64,000 nucleotides of DNA, from assembly GCF_009914755.1 (NCBI RefSeq), contig NC_060932.1, one strand, 5' to 3'. A program made the position numbers and the translations under genes. Under the pieces are notes generated by a model that searched no databases, was not told the origin of the DNA, and saw only the letters and a list, made by a program, of their open reading frames with translations. Each line of letters opens with the position of its first letter. The stretch's first letter is position 1. Of the stretch, positions 1 to 13,752 are shown one piece after another. This stretch comes from the human T2T-CHM13v2.0 reference genome, Homo sapiens.

Positions 1-60
1 AATGCTGGTTTCTTGCTGGTGTGCTCGTGGTAGAGAGCAGAGAGAAAGAAAGCAAGCTCT

Positions 61-328
61 CATATGTCTCTCTTCCTCCTTCTCCTCCTCTCATATGTCC
101 CTTGTCCTCCTCCTCTTCCTCCTCCTCCCCCTCCTCCCCCTCCTCCCCCTCCTCCTCCTTCTTCCTCCTCCTCCTCTCATATGTCCCTCGTCCTCCTCCT
201 CCTCCTCTTCCTCCTCCTCCCCCTCCTCCTCCCCCTCCTCCTCCTCCTTCTTTTTCTTCTTCTTCCCTTCTTCTTCTTCTTCCTCCTCCTCCTCCTTTTC
301 CTCTTACTCTTCTTCTTCTTCTTCTTTT
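61..328. repeat. (CCT)n/(CTT)n polypyrimidine tract at the tail of an AluJ
   Basis: Near-pure C/T tract interrupted only by the repeated motif CTCTCATATGTC; abuts the Alu poly-T. Confidence 0.95.
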
Positions 329-614
329 TAGAGACAGGGTCTCACCCTGTCACCCAGACTGGAGTGCAGTGCAATGATCATAGCTGACTACAGCCTCAAA
401 CTCCTGGGCTCCAGAGATCCTCCCAACTCAGCCTCTCAAGTTGCAGGGACTATAGTCATGCACCACCACTCTGGGCTAATTTTTTTAATTTCTTATAGAG
501 ACAGAAACCTCACTATGTTTCCCAGGCTGGTCATGAACTTCTGGGTTTAATCAATCCTCTTGCCTCAGTCCCCGAAAGTGCTGGGATTATAGGCGCAAGC
601 CACTGCACCCAGCC
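329..614 (-). mobile_element. AluJ
   Basis: Reverse Alu dimer with J-type features. Confidence 0.9.
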
Positions 615-626
615 TTGTGACTCTCC

Positions 627-850
627 TTTTTTATTAATGTTTAGGTTTGGGGGTTCATGTGAAGGTTTGTTACATAGGTTAACTCATGTCATGGGGTTTG
701 TTGTACAGATTATTTCGCCACCCAGTTATTAAGCCTAGTATCCTGTAGTTATCTTTTCTGTTCTTCTCCCTCCTCCCTCCACCCTCGAGTAGACCTCAGT
801 GTCTGTTGTTTCTTTCTTTGTGTTCATAAGTTCTCATCGTTTAGCTCCAA
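627..850 (-). mobile_element. L1 3'-end fragment (L1PA/L1PB type)
   Basis: aggtttgttacataggt...ttgtacagattatttc...cccagttattaagcctagta, typical reverse L1 3'UTR. Confidence 0.8.
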
Positions 851-975
851 GTGTCTCTTCCTCTATGGGTGCTAATATCATGAGGGCTCCACCCTGATGA
901 CATAATCACCCCAAAGTCCCCCCTTCTAATACCATCACATGGAGGATTCAACATAGGAATTTGGGAGGGGCACTG
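851..975 (-). mobile_element. MaLR LTR fragment (MLT1/MST), continuing 1-60
   Basis: catgagggctccaccctgatgacataatcac...ctaataccatcaca MaLR motif. Confidence 0.7.
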
Positions 976-1077
976 TCAGCCTAGACCAGTTATGCAATTT
1001 TTAAATAGAGTGTGGAATAAGGTAAAAAAATTTTTTTCAGTTGCAAAGCATCACGGAACCACTAGTTATTATTAGGA

Positions 1078-1400
1078 TTTTTTTTCTTTTTCTTTCTTTC
1101 TTTCTTTTTTTGAGACCAAGGCTTGCTCTGTCACCCGGGCTGGAGTGCAGTGGCACCATCTTGGCTCACTGCAACCTCCACCTCCCAATTCAAGCAATTC
1201 TCCTGCCTCAGCCTCCTGAGCAGCTGGGACTACAGGCGCGCACCACCACACCTGGCTAATTTTTGTACCCAGCTAATTTTAGTAGAGATGGAGTTTCACC
1301 ATGTTGGCCAGGCTGGTCTCAAACTCCTGACCTCAGGTGATCCGCCTGCCTTGGCCTCCCAAAATATTGAGATTACAGGTGTGAGCCACCATGTCTGGCC
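1078..1400 (-). mobile_element. AluS
   Basis: Reverse Alu dimer. Confidence 0.9.
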
Positions 1401-1776
1401 AGGGTCTTTTTTAAAATGAAAGAATATTACCACTGGAGTCATCCTAGGGATTATTTCATTTTCTCACAATAATGAGGAGATTGTTGCCAGCAAAGAAACC
1501 TTAAGAAAATTGACACTCTGCCACACAGCACTTTGTTTTTCAGGTTGGGTAGTAACCAGATAAAAGTATAAGCTTTTATTTTCTTTTAAAGCAGTGCCAG
1601 AATCAGCTCATACCAGCTCATGAGAGCCTATTTTTAAATCTTCAGTTATTTTTTTAAGTCAGCTGTTAAACATAGACATTACTCAAACTTAAACACTATA
1701 AATGTATAATTAAATACATATTAAGAAACAAAGGAAATACTTAAAGTTGATTGCTTCTTAATTATTTTACCACGTT

Positions 1777-2680
1777 TGTTATGGGCTGAGTCGTGTCCCC
1801 CTCCCCTAAATTCCTGTGCTGAAGCCCTGACGCCTAGTACCTCAGAATGTGACTGTATTTGCAGAGGGGTCTGTAAAGAGTTGATGAAGGTAAAGTGAGG
1901 TTATTAGGGTGGGCCCTAATCCAATAGGATAGTATCTTCATAAGCAGAGGGAATTTGGTCACACAGAGAGACCCCCAGAGGTCCACGTGCACAGAGGGAC
2001 AAGCATGTGAAGAGACAAGAAGACAGTGGCCATCCGCAAGCCACGGAGAGAGGCCTCAGGAGAAACCAACCCTGCTGATGTCTTGACTGTCAACTTCCAG
2101 CCTCTAGAGCTGTAAGAAAATAAGTTTCTGTTGTTTAAGCCCCCAGCCACACACCGGTACCAGTTCATGGCCTGTTAGGAACCAGGCTGCACAGCAGGAG
2201 GTGAGCGGAGGGTGGGTGAGCGTGACTGCCTGAGCTCCCTCCTCTGCCTACTGTCAGATCAGCGGTGGCATTAGATTCTCATAGGAGTGCCAACTCTGTT
2301 GTGAACTGTGCATGCGAGGGATCTAGGCTGCATGCTCCTTATGAGAATCTAACTAATGCCTGATGATCTGTCACTGTCTCCCATCACCCCCAGATGGGAC
2401 CATCTAGTTGCAGGAAAGAAAGCTCAGGGCTCCCACTGATTCTACATTATGGTGAGTTGTATAATTATTTCATTATATATTACAATGTAATAAGAATAGA
2501 AATAAAGTGCACGATAAATGTAATGTGATTGAATCATCCCGAAACCATTCTCCCCACCTTTGGTTTGTGGAAAAATTGTCTTCCATTAAACCAGTCCCTG
2601 ATGCCAACAGGCTGGGGACTGCTGGTTTAAGCAACCCAGTCTGTGGTCCTTTATTATGGCAGCCCTGGCAGAGTAATAAA
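1777..2680 (+). mobile_element. MLT1A/B-type MaLR LTR, interrupted by MER1
   Basis: tgttatgggctga...cctcagaatgtgactgtattt...gggccctaatccaata; resumes gtttaagcaacccagtctgtgg...taata after 2624. Confidence 0.85.
2141..2624 (+). mobile_element. MER1A-like hAT-Charlie DNA transposon
   Basis: MER1 core (ggcattagattctcatagg, gggatctaggctgc); 8-bp TSD GTTTAAGC at 2133-2140 and 2625-2632. Confidence 0.88.
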
Positions 2681-3413
2681 ACATTTTACTATTACCTATA
2701 CGCTTGAGGTTGTGAGTCCTACTGGATGTATCAGGTGGAAAAACTGTGTGATGGTGAGCTGCTGGGCATCTCTTCCCAAGGCTGTGCTCAGTACAGGTAG
2801 CTTGAAACTCACCGTGGTAGACACATTTACACCGTGGAAATTGACAAACACCGTAAACCAGAGCTTTTTCTCTCAGAGAACCCAACGCGCAACATATATC
2901 AGCAAAACACTACCTCGAAAGAGCCAAGGAGAGAAGAGTGGGAAGGAGGGACTGATCAGGGAGAAATGTAAGAAAAGGTTTGACTTTTCTTTCACCCATT
3001 CACTTTAGCTGACTCTGCTAGTTTCCTACCCTGTATCCATCTCCCCTTCCTGCTGACCAGCAACACCCAGACTTTGTTTAGGATAGTACTGCTGTCAACT
3101 AAAAACACTTGCCTTCCCAAACTCCCTGGGAGCTGGGTATTGAGTTCTCTGTTGCTTGCAGCCTAAGTGTATTTCTGAGTGCTTTATCTACACACTAAAT
3201 GAAATATGAAACTGAAAACCACTGTCTCTGACAGTAGGTAATATGTAAGCACTAAGGACAGAAAGCATTCAAAAAGAACAAGTAAGCAATGCTCTCTAGG
3301 TGTCCACAAATTGTCTTAGCCAAGTGTCCAAGTCCCAGTTCTCCAGGACTGAAAAAATGGAAAATCATAAACTTTCAAATGAATGATGAGGTAGAAGCTG
3401 GAATTTGCAGTCA

Positions 3414-3553
3414 GGCCTAGTGGCATGTGCCTGTAATCCCAGCTACATGAGAGGTTGAGGCAGAAGGATCCCTTGAGCCCAGGAGTCAGAGCACAACCTG
3501 TGCAACATAGTGAGACCCCATCTGTAACCAAAAAAAAAGACAAAAAGAAAAAA
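3414..3553 (+). mobile_element. Alu monomer (FLAM/FRAM-like)
   Basis: Single arm; TSD GGAATTTGCAGT at 3400-3411 and 3561-3572. Confidence 0.8.
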
Positions 3554-4223
3554 GAACCTTGGAATTTGCAGTATTAATTTAAAGAAAATAAATTCCTTAT
3601 GCCTCTTATACAACTGTAAAACCAAGGCAACATACATGTTAAGTCCTAACCAAGATATAAACCCAATAATATTTTAAACTAACACAATAGATCCTGTTTT
3701 GCTAAACTAACACATATAAAAATAGCCTGTAGCCTGAAGTCCAGCTCTTTAACTGGCCTATATTTTGACTTCCGTTGGGCAGAGAACCTCTGTTTACATA
3801 GTTTAGTAAACACAATGGCATTAATGATTTCAAGACTTTGTTTGCTAGTTCAAGATAACCCAACCCCATTGCTTAGCCAAAACTCTGCCAACAGGCACTC
3901 TTCAGTGTCAGTTTAATGTGGTGTCATTTGATCTCTGCAAAACAGTCTTGTTCATTTGAACATGAAGTTAACATTGCAGCTTTATTGAAATCTGCACTAA
4001 ATAAGTATCTAATCTAATTATTGCTGGAATTGGTTACAGAAAATTTCTTCATGGTGCAATTACTACTACACCGTAGGTAATGAACTGCTGCCAAGCTGGT
4101 GTGCTCAGCGATGGATTCCACGTAGAACATCTGATTGTTCTGCAAAGACAAGACAGATGCCCTGACCCAGGGCTTTTTGAGGGCACATGCCCGTTCTATT
4201 TTAGGATAAGTAATGGTTTCAGC

Positions 4224-4444
4224 CAAGCTCGTCCAACCTGCAGCCCACGGGCCTCTTGCAGCCTAGGACAGCTTTGAATGCAGCCCAACACAAACTTGTA
4301 AACTTTCTTAAAACTTTATGAGTTTTTTTGCAATTTTTTTTTTTAGCTCATCAGCCATCATTAGTGTTCGTGTATTTTATGTGTGGCCCAAGACATTTCT
4401 TCTTTGAATGTGGCCCACGGAAGCCAAAAGATTGGACACCCCTG
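4224..4444. mobile_element. MER30 hAT-Charlie DNA transposon
   Basis: gctttgaatgcagcccaacacaaa...gaagccaaaagattggacacccctg; imperfect 8-bp TSD gtttcagc/atttaagc. Confidence 0.85.
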
Positions 4445-4539
4445 ATTTAAGCCATGTCCGCCACAGCCCCATCCCACTTTCCCTATTTGAACAACTAGAA
4501 AACTTTCATTTGTAGCTGTGACATTATTTGAGGCACTAT

Positions 4540-4790
4540 GTTGTGGATGGTTGAAATTGTGGCCCTAGTATCACAGTGCCTGAGTTCAAATCTTGGCTCC
4601 ACATTTTACTAGCTCTGTGGTCTTTGGCAAGTTACTTACCCTCCCTGTGCCTCAATTTTCTCATCTGAAATAGGAGTAAAAAGAGTATAATCTTCGAGAG
4701 TCACTGTCAGGATTGCACAACATAATAGAGGAATTTAGAAGGGTGCCTGGCACACAGAACACGCTCAGTACAAGCCTGCTGCTGCCACAG
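4540..4790 (+). mobile_element. MIR
   Basis: gagttcaaatcttggctcc...ggcaagttactt...tgcctcaattttctcatctg core. Confidence 0.8.
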
Positions 4791-4987
4791 CTGCTGCTAT
4801 TGTTTGTCCATTACTTGGTATGAATTCAGACACGGACACTTCTGATATTGCAGCTCAAGCACCAGCACCTTCCGGAAGCTTTTCCTTACATATTTGTTCC
4901 TGGACTGTTGGAAGTCATCGCTCTCCTCTGAGTCCAGTTGTGCCCTGTACAGTCTTCTATCACAGAATATGTAAACTGTAAACATTC

Positions 4988-5291
4988 TTTTTTTTTTTTT
5001 TTTTTTGAGATAGGGTCTCCCTCTGCCACCCACGCTGGAGTGCAGTGGCATGATCTCAGATCGCTGCAACCTCTGCCTTCCGGGCTCAAGTGATCCTGCC
5101 ACCTTTGCCTCCCTAGTAGCTGGGACTAGAGGCACCCACGACCACGCCCGGCTAATTTTTCATATGTTGTTGTAGAAACAAGGTTTCACCATGTTGCCCA
5201 GGCTGGTCTTGAACTACTGAGCTCAAGCAATCCACCCACCTTGGGCTCCCAAAGTGCTGGGATTATAGGTATAAGCCACTGTACCCAGCCT
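4988..5291 (-). mobile_element. AluJ
   Basis: Reverse Alu dimer with poly-T. Confidence 0.9.
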
Positions 5292-5433
5292 ATAAACATC
5301 AATGACATTTGTAGTTTCGTCTCCACCACCTGGACCACAGGTTCCCACTGCCAGAGATGAATTCTGACCAGTCTTTGTATCCCAGTTCCTGGAACAATGT
5401 CTAGCACATTAGCTGTCATCAGTAAATTCTGAC

Positions 5434-5553
5434 AGAAGAGAGAGAGAGGGAAGAAAAGAGGAAGGAAGGAAGGAAGGAAGGAAGGAAGGAAGGAAGGAAG
5501 GAAGGAAGGAGGGAGGGAGGGAGGGAGGGAAGGAGGGAGGGAAGGAAGGAAGG
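5434..5553 (+). repeat. Polypurine microsatellite including (GGAA)12
   Basis: 12 uninterrupted GGAA units at 5460-5507, then GGGA units; follows an L2-like 3' end. Confidence 0.95.
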
Positions 5554-6695
5554 ACTAGAGCGTCCTCCAGCCTTTCCCAGGAGATTTATATTTCAAGGGA
5601 ATCTGAACCTTATAAATCAAGCTTGCAGACTAGCAGGCTTCCTCTATCACGAAGGGACCATTTGGGGTGAAGGTAGGAACAGTATCCGCCTGCTAGAGTC
5701 TGCTCCCACTGGCTCCCAAGAGCTGATTATGCACGACTCTTCCCAAGCCCACATTCAGAGCCAGGGTTGGGAAGTCTGAAATTGACCAGTGGTTAGGAGA
5801 CATTTACACCACGGAAACATTTCCCAGAGCCAGCTGTTCAGCACTTCCCAGCACACCACGGGCAACAAGGCTTCTCTGTGACTCCGAAAGCAGTGAAATT
5901 TTGCATACTGAGTGGTAGAAAACTGTGGGGCACAGAGGGGATCTGAAAGCAGAGGCCCCATCTGCCCGCGGCAGAGGCCAGTCTGGGTGGGCGCCAGGCC
6001 TCTGTGCATATGCGACATCCTGGCCCTGGTCACGTCTCTTGGGCCGCACCTTTATCATCTTCATCGAAGTCATCACGGAAGCATCCATGGAGATGTTTAT
6101 CTTGTGATTGCCGATTGTTTCTAATCTATTAAAAGTCAACTAATAATAAAACTCATGATGTTAATGACTTACTAGTCATAAACCCAAACAATGGAACAAA
6201 CTATTTGCTTAATATTTTTATGAGAGAATGTGCACGTGACCTTGCAGCTTGGTGCCAGTTACATTTCTATTTACATAGAGACTGGGGACAATTAGAACGT
6301 TTATCTCACTTAGTCACTGGTCACTCCTGCCCCCTACTTTCCCCTCCCTCTTCCCAAAAGAAATGAAAAAACGTTTTCATTATAAACTGATATCTGTTGA
6401 TGAAAGCAGCTATTTTTAAAAAATGATGTCATAGAGCCTAGAATGCTACATTGTTCTGAGTTCAGAAAAGACTCAATGGATTCCTTAGTTGTTGCCCTTG
6501 CTGGAGGTTAAGTGAATGCTGAGTAACCCCCCCACCCCACACACACATCTCGTCCCTTCTACTCATTTTCAGAACTGTTATTTGACTCCTCAGGAAACTT
6601 GTTTATATTTTTCATAAATAATATATGTTTTTATATAGTGCACACACATATAACCATCGTTTTCATTCTTTAAAGACATTCAAAATTCCTTATTT

Positions 6696-7640
6696 AGTTT
6701 TTGAAACAGGGTCTTGCTCTGACACCCGGGCTGGAGTGCAGTGGTGCCCGATCATGCCCAATCATGCCTCACTGCAGCCTTCACCTCCCAGCTCAAGCAA
6801 TCCTCCCACCTCAGCCTCCTAAGTAGCTGAAACTACAGGCTTGTGCCACCATGCCGAGCTAATTTTTAAATTTTTTTGTAGCTATGGAGACTCCCTATGT
6901 TGCCCAGGCTGGTCTTGAAATTCTGGAGTCAAATGATCCTCCTACCTCAGCCTCCCAAAGCACTAGAACTACTAGGTCCGAGCCACTATGCCCAGCCCAG
7001 ATTTCCATGTTTCGTAAACTCCAATTCAGAATATTCCTGTTATGTAAGCCTTTTTTTTTTTTTTTTTTTTTGAGACAGGGTCTCACTTTGTCACCCAGGC
7101 TGGAGTGCAATGACATGATCACAGCTCACTGCAGCTTCAGCCTTCCAGGCTCAAGCAATCCTTCCACCTCAGCCCTGGTACTGCAGGTGTGCACCACCAC
7201 GCCCAGCTAATTTTTGTATTTTTTGTAGAGATGGTGTTTTACCACGTTGCCCAGCCTGGTCTCAAACTCCTGAGTTCAAGAAATCCACCTGGCTCAGCCT
7301 CCCAAAGTGCTGAGATTACAGGAATGAGCCGCCGTGCCCAGCTATGTAAGCATTAATCTGTACACTTCAGAAATGTTTACTTATTCTACAAACCCTGAAT
7401 AAATCCCAAACACTATTTTCTATAGGATACCCTCAGATGTAGAGAATGTGATTTGTTTGTTTGTTTGTTTGTTTTGTTTTGAGACAGGGTGTTGCTCTGT
7501 CACCCAGACTGGAGCGCAGTGATACAATCATGGCTCATGGCAGCCTCAATCTCCCAGACTCAAGCAATTCTCCCACCTCAGCCTCCCAAGTAGCTGGGAC
7601 TACAGGTGCATGTCACCACACCCAGCTAAGGTTTTATTTT
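6696..7640 (-). mobile_element. Cluster of three reverse AluJ elements (6696-7000, 7050-7343, partial 7452-7640)
   Basis: Alu consensus; TSD TATGTAAGC around the middle element. Confidence 0.88.
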
Positions 7641-8321
7641 TAACAAAAAGAAATAAAAAAGAATAACCTCCCCAACAACAACAAAAAAAGACATCAATCA
7701 TGTAGCAACAAATATTTACTATCTCCCTGTACTGGATTAGAAAGTTACCTTTATAAGCCTTTTATCTAACTATATCCTTTCAAACAATATGAGGAATAAA
7801 TCAGCCTTCTGCAAGAATAATATTTTATAAGAGAAAAATCTCTTATATTTTGAATGCCTGTGACCCCCCAGATCCCATGTTTAACATGCAGGGATGCTGT
7901 GTTTGTGTGACTCCAGTAATGTGTGCATTATAGGCATGAACTGCTGAGAAATTGAATTAGTGCTTGTGACAGGGACTGGAGGGATATCCCAGAAAACTCA
8001 CAAGCAGTCAGTTAGCCTTGCCTGAATCCTCTTCAGTGTGCCTCAGGTTTAATTTCACACACACACACACACACACCCCTCCACTCCCTTTCTTCCAAAA
8101 CATTTGCCATACCTTGCAGCATCCCCACTCCACAGTCACTGTACTTTCCTATATTTGCATTTTCAGCCTCCTGCTTGAGTGGATTCCCAGCTCATGGCTT
8201 TAGGTTAAACCTCGCTGTCTCCTGAGTCTTTCAAGCGTGGCCACTCATCCTGCCACACCACAAAGCCCTGGAATCTGGAGAGGGACTGGAGCCCCTTCAT
8301 GAGCTTGTGTTGCTTGCAAAT

Positions 8322-9179
8322 TAATAGAGGCAGGAGGCAAAGAAATCCTAGGAAGATAGGGGTGGGTCCCCAGTGAAACCCCACCTTCAAGCCAAAAACA
8401 GCCTAAAACCCGCAGACCAGAGTGAGAACTTCTATTCTTGTTTGCCTGCTCTCTCCTGATTGGTTCTTTCTGAATAATGCCTTTCAACCAATCAAATGTT
8501 GCCTTTTCCAATACTACCTATGACCCACCCCACCCCCATCCTGTGCCTATACAGATCTCAGACTCAGTCGGTAGAGGGGAGACAGGGAGACAGCCTGACT
8601 TCAGGGAAGAGAACTCCCGACTTCGGGGGAAGATGACCTGCCCTTCCCATTCCCTCTCCAGCTCCCCTCTCTACTGACAGCTGTTCCATTGCTCAATAAA
8701 TTTCTCCGCCCTCACCATCCTTTAATCATCAAGCGTCACCTCATTCTTCTTGGGTGCTGGAAAAGAGCTCAGGACCCACCGAGTGTGGGTACCCAGAAAG
8801 ACTGTCACACTGGCCCTTTGCCCTCACTGGCAGAGGGCAGCTCCCTCACACAATGGGGCCAGGGACTGACCGAGCTGCTAAAACACCACTGTCCATCTGG
8901 CTATGGATGGCAGAACTAAGAGAGCTAATTAGCATATTAACACCCCCTCTGGGGCTTTCAGGTGGTGGGTACCCCTGCCTGGGCACTGCCACGTTCCTCT
9001 TGAGGTAACACTCCTGGTCTGGCCATGGGCCCTGCATGGAGCTTGCTCCTGTGGTGGGCTGGATCCCACACTCGCTCACTCACGTATTCCCACTTGCAAG
9101 GGGCTGAGCACAGCAGGCTGAGTAGATGGGGCGTCCCTGCTGGGAGTCTGGCAAAGGGGCAGAGAAAAATCCTGCATCA
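8322..9179 (+). mobile_element. ERV1 solo LTR (MER50-like)
   Basis: T(A)ATAGAGG...TCA termini, 4-bp TSD AAAT (8318-8321, 9180-9183), CCAAT boxes, AATAAA near 8695. Confidence 0.75.
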
Positions 9180-9520
9180 AAATCATTACTCCTTCACTTT
9201 TATGTGAAGGCTCCTACTCATGCCATCTGACCCTACCCAGTGACGCCATCCACCTGCATGCCTGTCACTCCTCCTCATCGAAGACCTCATCCATGGCTCC
9301 TGGTCTCTCTTTGAGCTGAGTTCTGCTTTGGTTTGGGTAACTTTACTCTAATTCCGACAAGCTGCCCAATATCTCAACTTCCTGAATTTTGCAGCTCCAG
9401 CATCCTCTCTTCCAAGCCACTTCTGACATTCATTGTTGTATGTCCACATCTGTTCAACCTCTGATGTTTGGGATTCAAACATTCTACCATCCATGCTTAT
9501 TCTCTCATTTTCAGTGCCTT

Positions 9521-10001
9521 TGTATTTGTCTATGGTGGCAATACTGATTGCCCCAAACCTTAGCAGCTTAAAACAACAATTTATGAGCTCACACAGTTTC
9601 TGAGAGTCAGGAATCCAGGAGCAGCTTAGCTGAGTGGTTCTGTTTCAAGGCCTCTCAGGACGTTGCAGCCAAGATGCTTACCTATTTCCTCCATGGCTCA
9701 CTTACACCCCTAGCAAGGTAGAGTTGGTTGTTGGCAGGAGACCTCAGTTCCTCACCACATGGGCCTCTCCAGAGGGATTCTTGAGTGTCTTCAAGACATG
9801 GCAGCTAAGTCCCCCCAGAGCAAGTGATCCAAGAGACAGCACAATGAAGCCAGAGTGTCTTTATAACCTGGTTCCTTCTGATTTTTTCTCCATGTTAGAA
9901 TGGAAGCACCAAGTCCAGCCCATGCTCAAGGAGAGGTGAACTAGGCTGCATCTTTTGAAGGGAGTACCAAAGAATTTGTGAACATAATTGAAGCTATCAC
10001 A
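9521..10001 (-). mobile_element. MLT1E/F-type MaLR LTR
   Basis: ccccaaaccttagcagcttaaaacaaca...caggaatccaggagcagcttagctg motif. Confidence 0.75.
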
Positions 10002-10101
10002 ATCTAGACCCCATCTGGTCCATCAGTTCAACTACTCTTCCTTTCTTAGTCCCACTACACCTGTTCTCTGATTCACTGAGATTTTTCGATCCTCAAAATT
10101 T

Positions 10102-11115
<1,014 letters not shown>

Positions 11116-11533
11116 TATCCTCACTCTTTTATTCACTCTTTTATCATCCTTGTATAGCCTCCATTGTTGGGGGTGGGCTTTGGTTCCATCCAACTGTCCA
11201 CCCAGCCTCCATCACCCAGACAGGGAGCACTGATGGAGCCGATCACACCCGGGGTCTGCTGAACAGTGCCCACAGCTTCCGGTGTTCAGTGGGCCTTCAA
11301 CACAGCACAGCCTCCTTCTATTTCCAAATCAGCAGTCTCCGCTATGGTCGTTTTGAGCATTGCCCATTTTCCCTCAGTCTCCTTCAACACTGTGACCACA
11401 TTCCCCCTTGGTTCCTTACCTCTCAGACCTCGGACAGCGCCCCTCATCCTCCTAAGCTTGCATCTAAAACCTTCGCAAGGGTCCTACTCCTCACTCGTCC
11501 TCTTCGGTCACAGATGAAGCAACAAAGAGGTGC

Positions 11534-12185
11534 TGTGGCAGGCCAGCTGTCACTAACACAGGCCTCCGTAACAACTGTTTCAGCACTGACTGAGTGGTTA
11601 AGTTAAATATTAAAAGCTGAGAGAGCCAGCGCCCTTATCCAAAGGCTGGGATGTAACAAAATCCACCCAGAGCTTTGCCTAGGCCTTTCCTGGGCCTTGG
11701 AGCATGATAAGATAATGAAGGAACTCCGAACAGGACCCGTTTAGGATTTAAAACATTTTATTGGGGGTCTGAAGAAACTCTCCAGGCCTCCACAAACAAG
11801 TTTATTTGGGTTCTGAAAGAACTCCCCTAACCTCCATAATTTAGCAGGAGACAAGATAAGGGTAATCACCCCAGCACCTGGACCCATTTAGATTAAGTAA
11901 ATTTACTGAGGCTCCAGAGGAAGGTCTTCAGGACTTAGTTATAGACGAAAAGAAGTTAATCACTTATGTCTTTAGATGGACGCACACTTAAACACGTAGG
12001 CATATAGCTTAGAAGGGATCTAAGCTCTGGAAAACTTTGTCATTTTGAGTTGGTCTGGCGATAATTTCCAGGCCTTCTCCCTGTGACCGGCTACAGAAAT
12101 AAACTCTCTTCTCTCCCAGTTCATCTGTATCTCATTATTGGGCCGTGAGAATAAGCAGCCTGACCCTCGGTTTGGTCTGGGAACA
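11534..12185 (+). mobile_element. ERV1 solo LTR (MER39-like)
   Basis: TG...CA termini, perfect 4-bp TSD GTGC (11530-11533, 12186-12189), AATAAA near 12098. Confidence 0.75.
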
Positions 12186-12796
12186 GTGCATGATGAAGAC
12201 CCAAGTCTCCTCGTGGCAGACACTTGAGGAAGATGTGTTAACAAAAGAAAAAGCAATGAACCTGAACTCCAGGTCCTATCACTTCCCAACTCCCCCTGCC
12301 CACCACCTCAAAGACCTCATTGCATCTCTGGTCCTCTCTCTGCCCTGCATCTTCCCTCCTTACACTCGCTCTTTCCCACCAGCATTTAGACATGCTCAGG
12401 CCTCGTCTACCTTAAAGAAAAAGCTTCTCCTTTGGTCCACATCCTCCTTAGGTTCACATGCTGTTGTTTCTCTTTATACATGATATTTTTGAGAGAGTGA
12501 CAGAGAGGGCTACATTCACTCTCTCTGTTCCTTACCTAATTTTCTTTCTGGAACCCATTCAGCACTCCACTAAAATGGCTCTTGCCAAGGTCACTGCCAT
12601 GGTGCCAAAGCCGTCTTCTTGCCTCCTCATCTTCAAGGTCCTTGCAGCATTGACACAGGAGGCCACACCACCTGCAAAGTTTCCTCCCCAGCAGTTTCCC
12701 TGTCTTCACATTTTCCAACCACTGCTCCTGGCAGGCTTCTTCCCCCGGCCTGTGAATGCTGGGGTTTCCCTGGGTTTTGTCTGTTCCCCTCCTTCT

Positions 12797-13110
12797 TTTT
12801 TTTTTTTTTTTTTTTTTTTTGACATGGAGTTTCGCTCTTGTTGCCCAGGCTGGAGTGCAATTGGCGCCATCTCGGCTCACCGCAACCTCTGCCTCCTGGG
12901 TTCAAGCGATTCTCCTGTCTCAGCCTCCCGAGTAGCTCGGATTACAGGCATGTACAGCCACACCAGCTAATTTTGTATTTTTAGTAGAGACGGGGTTTCT
13001 CCATCCCTACAGTCGGTCAGGCTGGTCTCGAACTCCCGACCTCAGGTGATCTGCCTACCTCGGCCTCCCAAAGTGCTGGGATTACAGGCATGATCCACCA
13101 CGCCCGGCCC
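12797..13110 (-). mobile_element. AluSp-like
   Basis: gagtttcgctcttgttgccc and ggtttctccat features. Confidence 0.85.
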
Positions 13111-13294
13111 AGTTCCCTTCCTTCTTAGCTTGCACAGTTCATTCATTCCCATGGCTTATTGATAAATCACAAGTCTATATTCCTAGTTTGTATTTCTTTC
13201 TTACTACCCACTAGACATGTTGTCCTGGAGATCCCATAGCCCCTGAATACTCAATAAAGAGACAATATAGTAAGTGATTAAAAGTGAGGGTTCT

Positions 13295-13752
<458 letters not shown>

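Larger units (their letters stand above)
1590..2910. mobile_element. MER63-like hAT element split by an MLT1 LTR
   Basis: cagctcataccagctcatgagagcc start; resumes after 2680; related copy at 20193-20420. Confidence 0.5.

Noticed and set aside
2-387. Ser/Pro/Leu-rich ORFs
   Set aside because: Translations of the CCT/CTT repeat
12458-12970. 170-aa ORF
   Set aside because: Chance fusion of a decayed L2 RT remnant and an Alu
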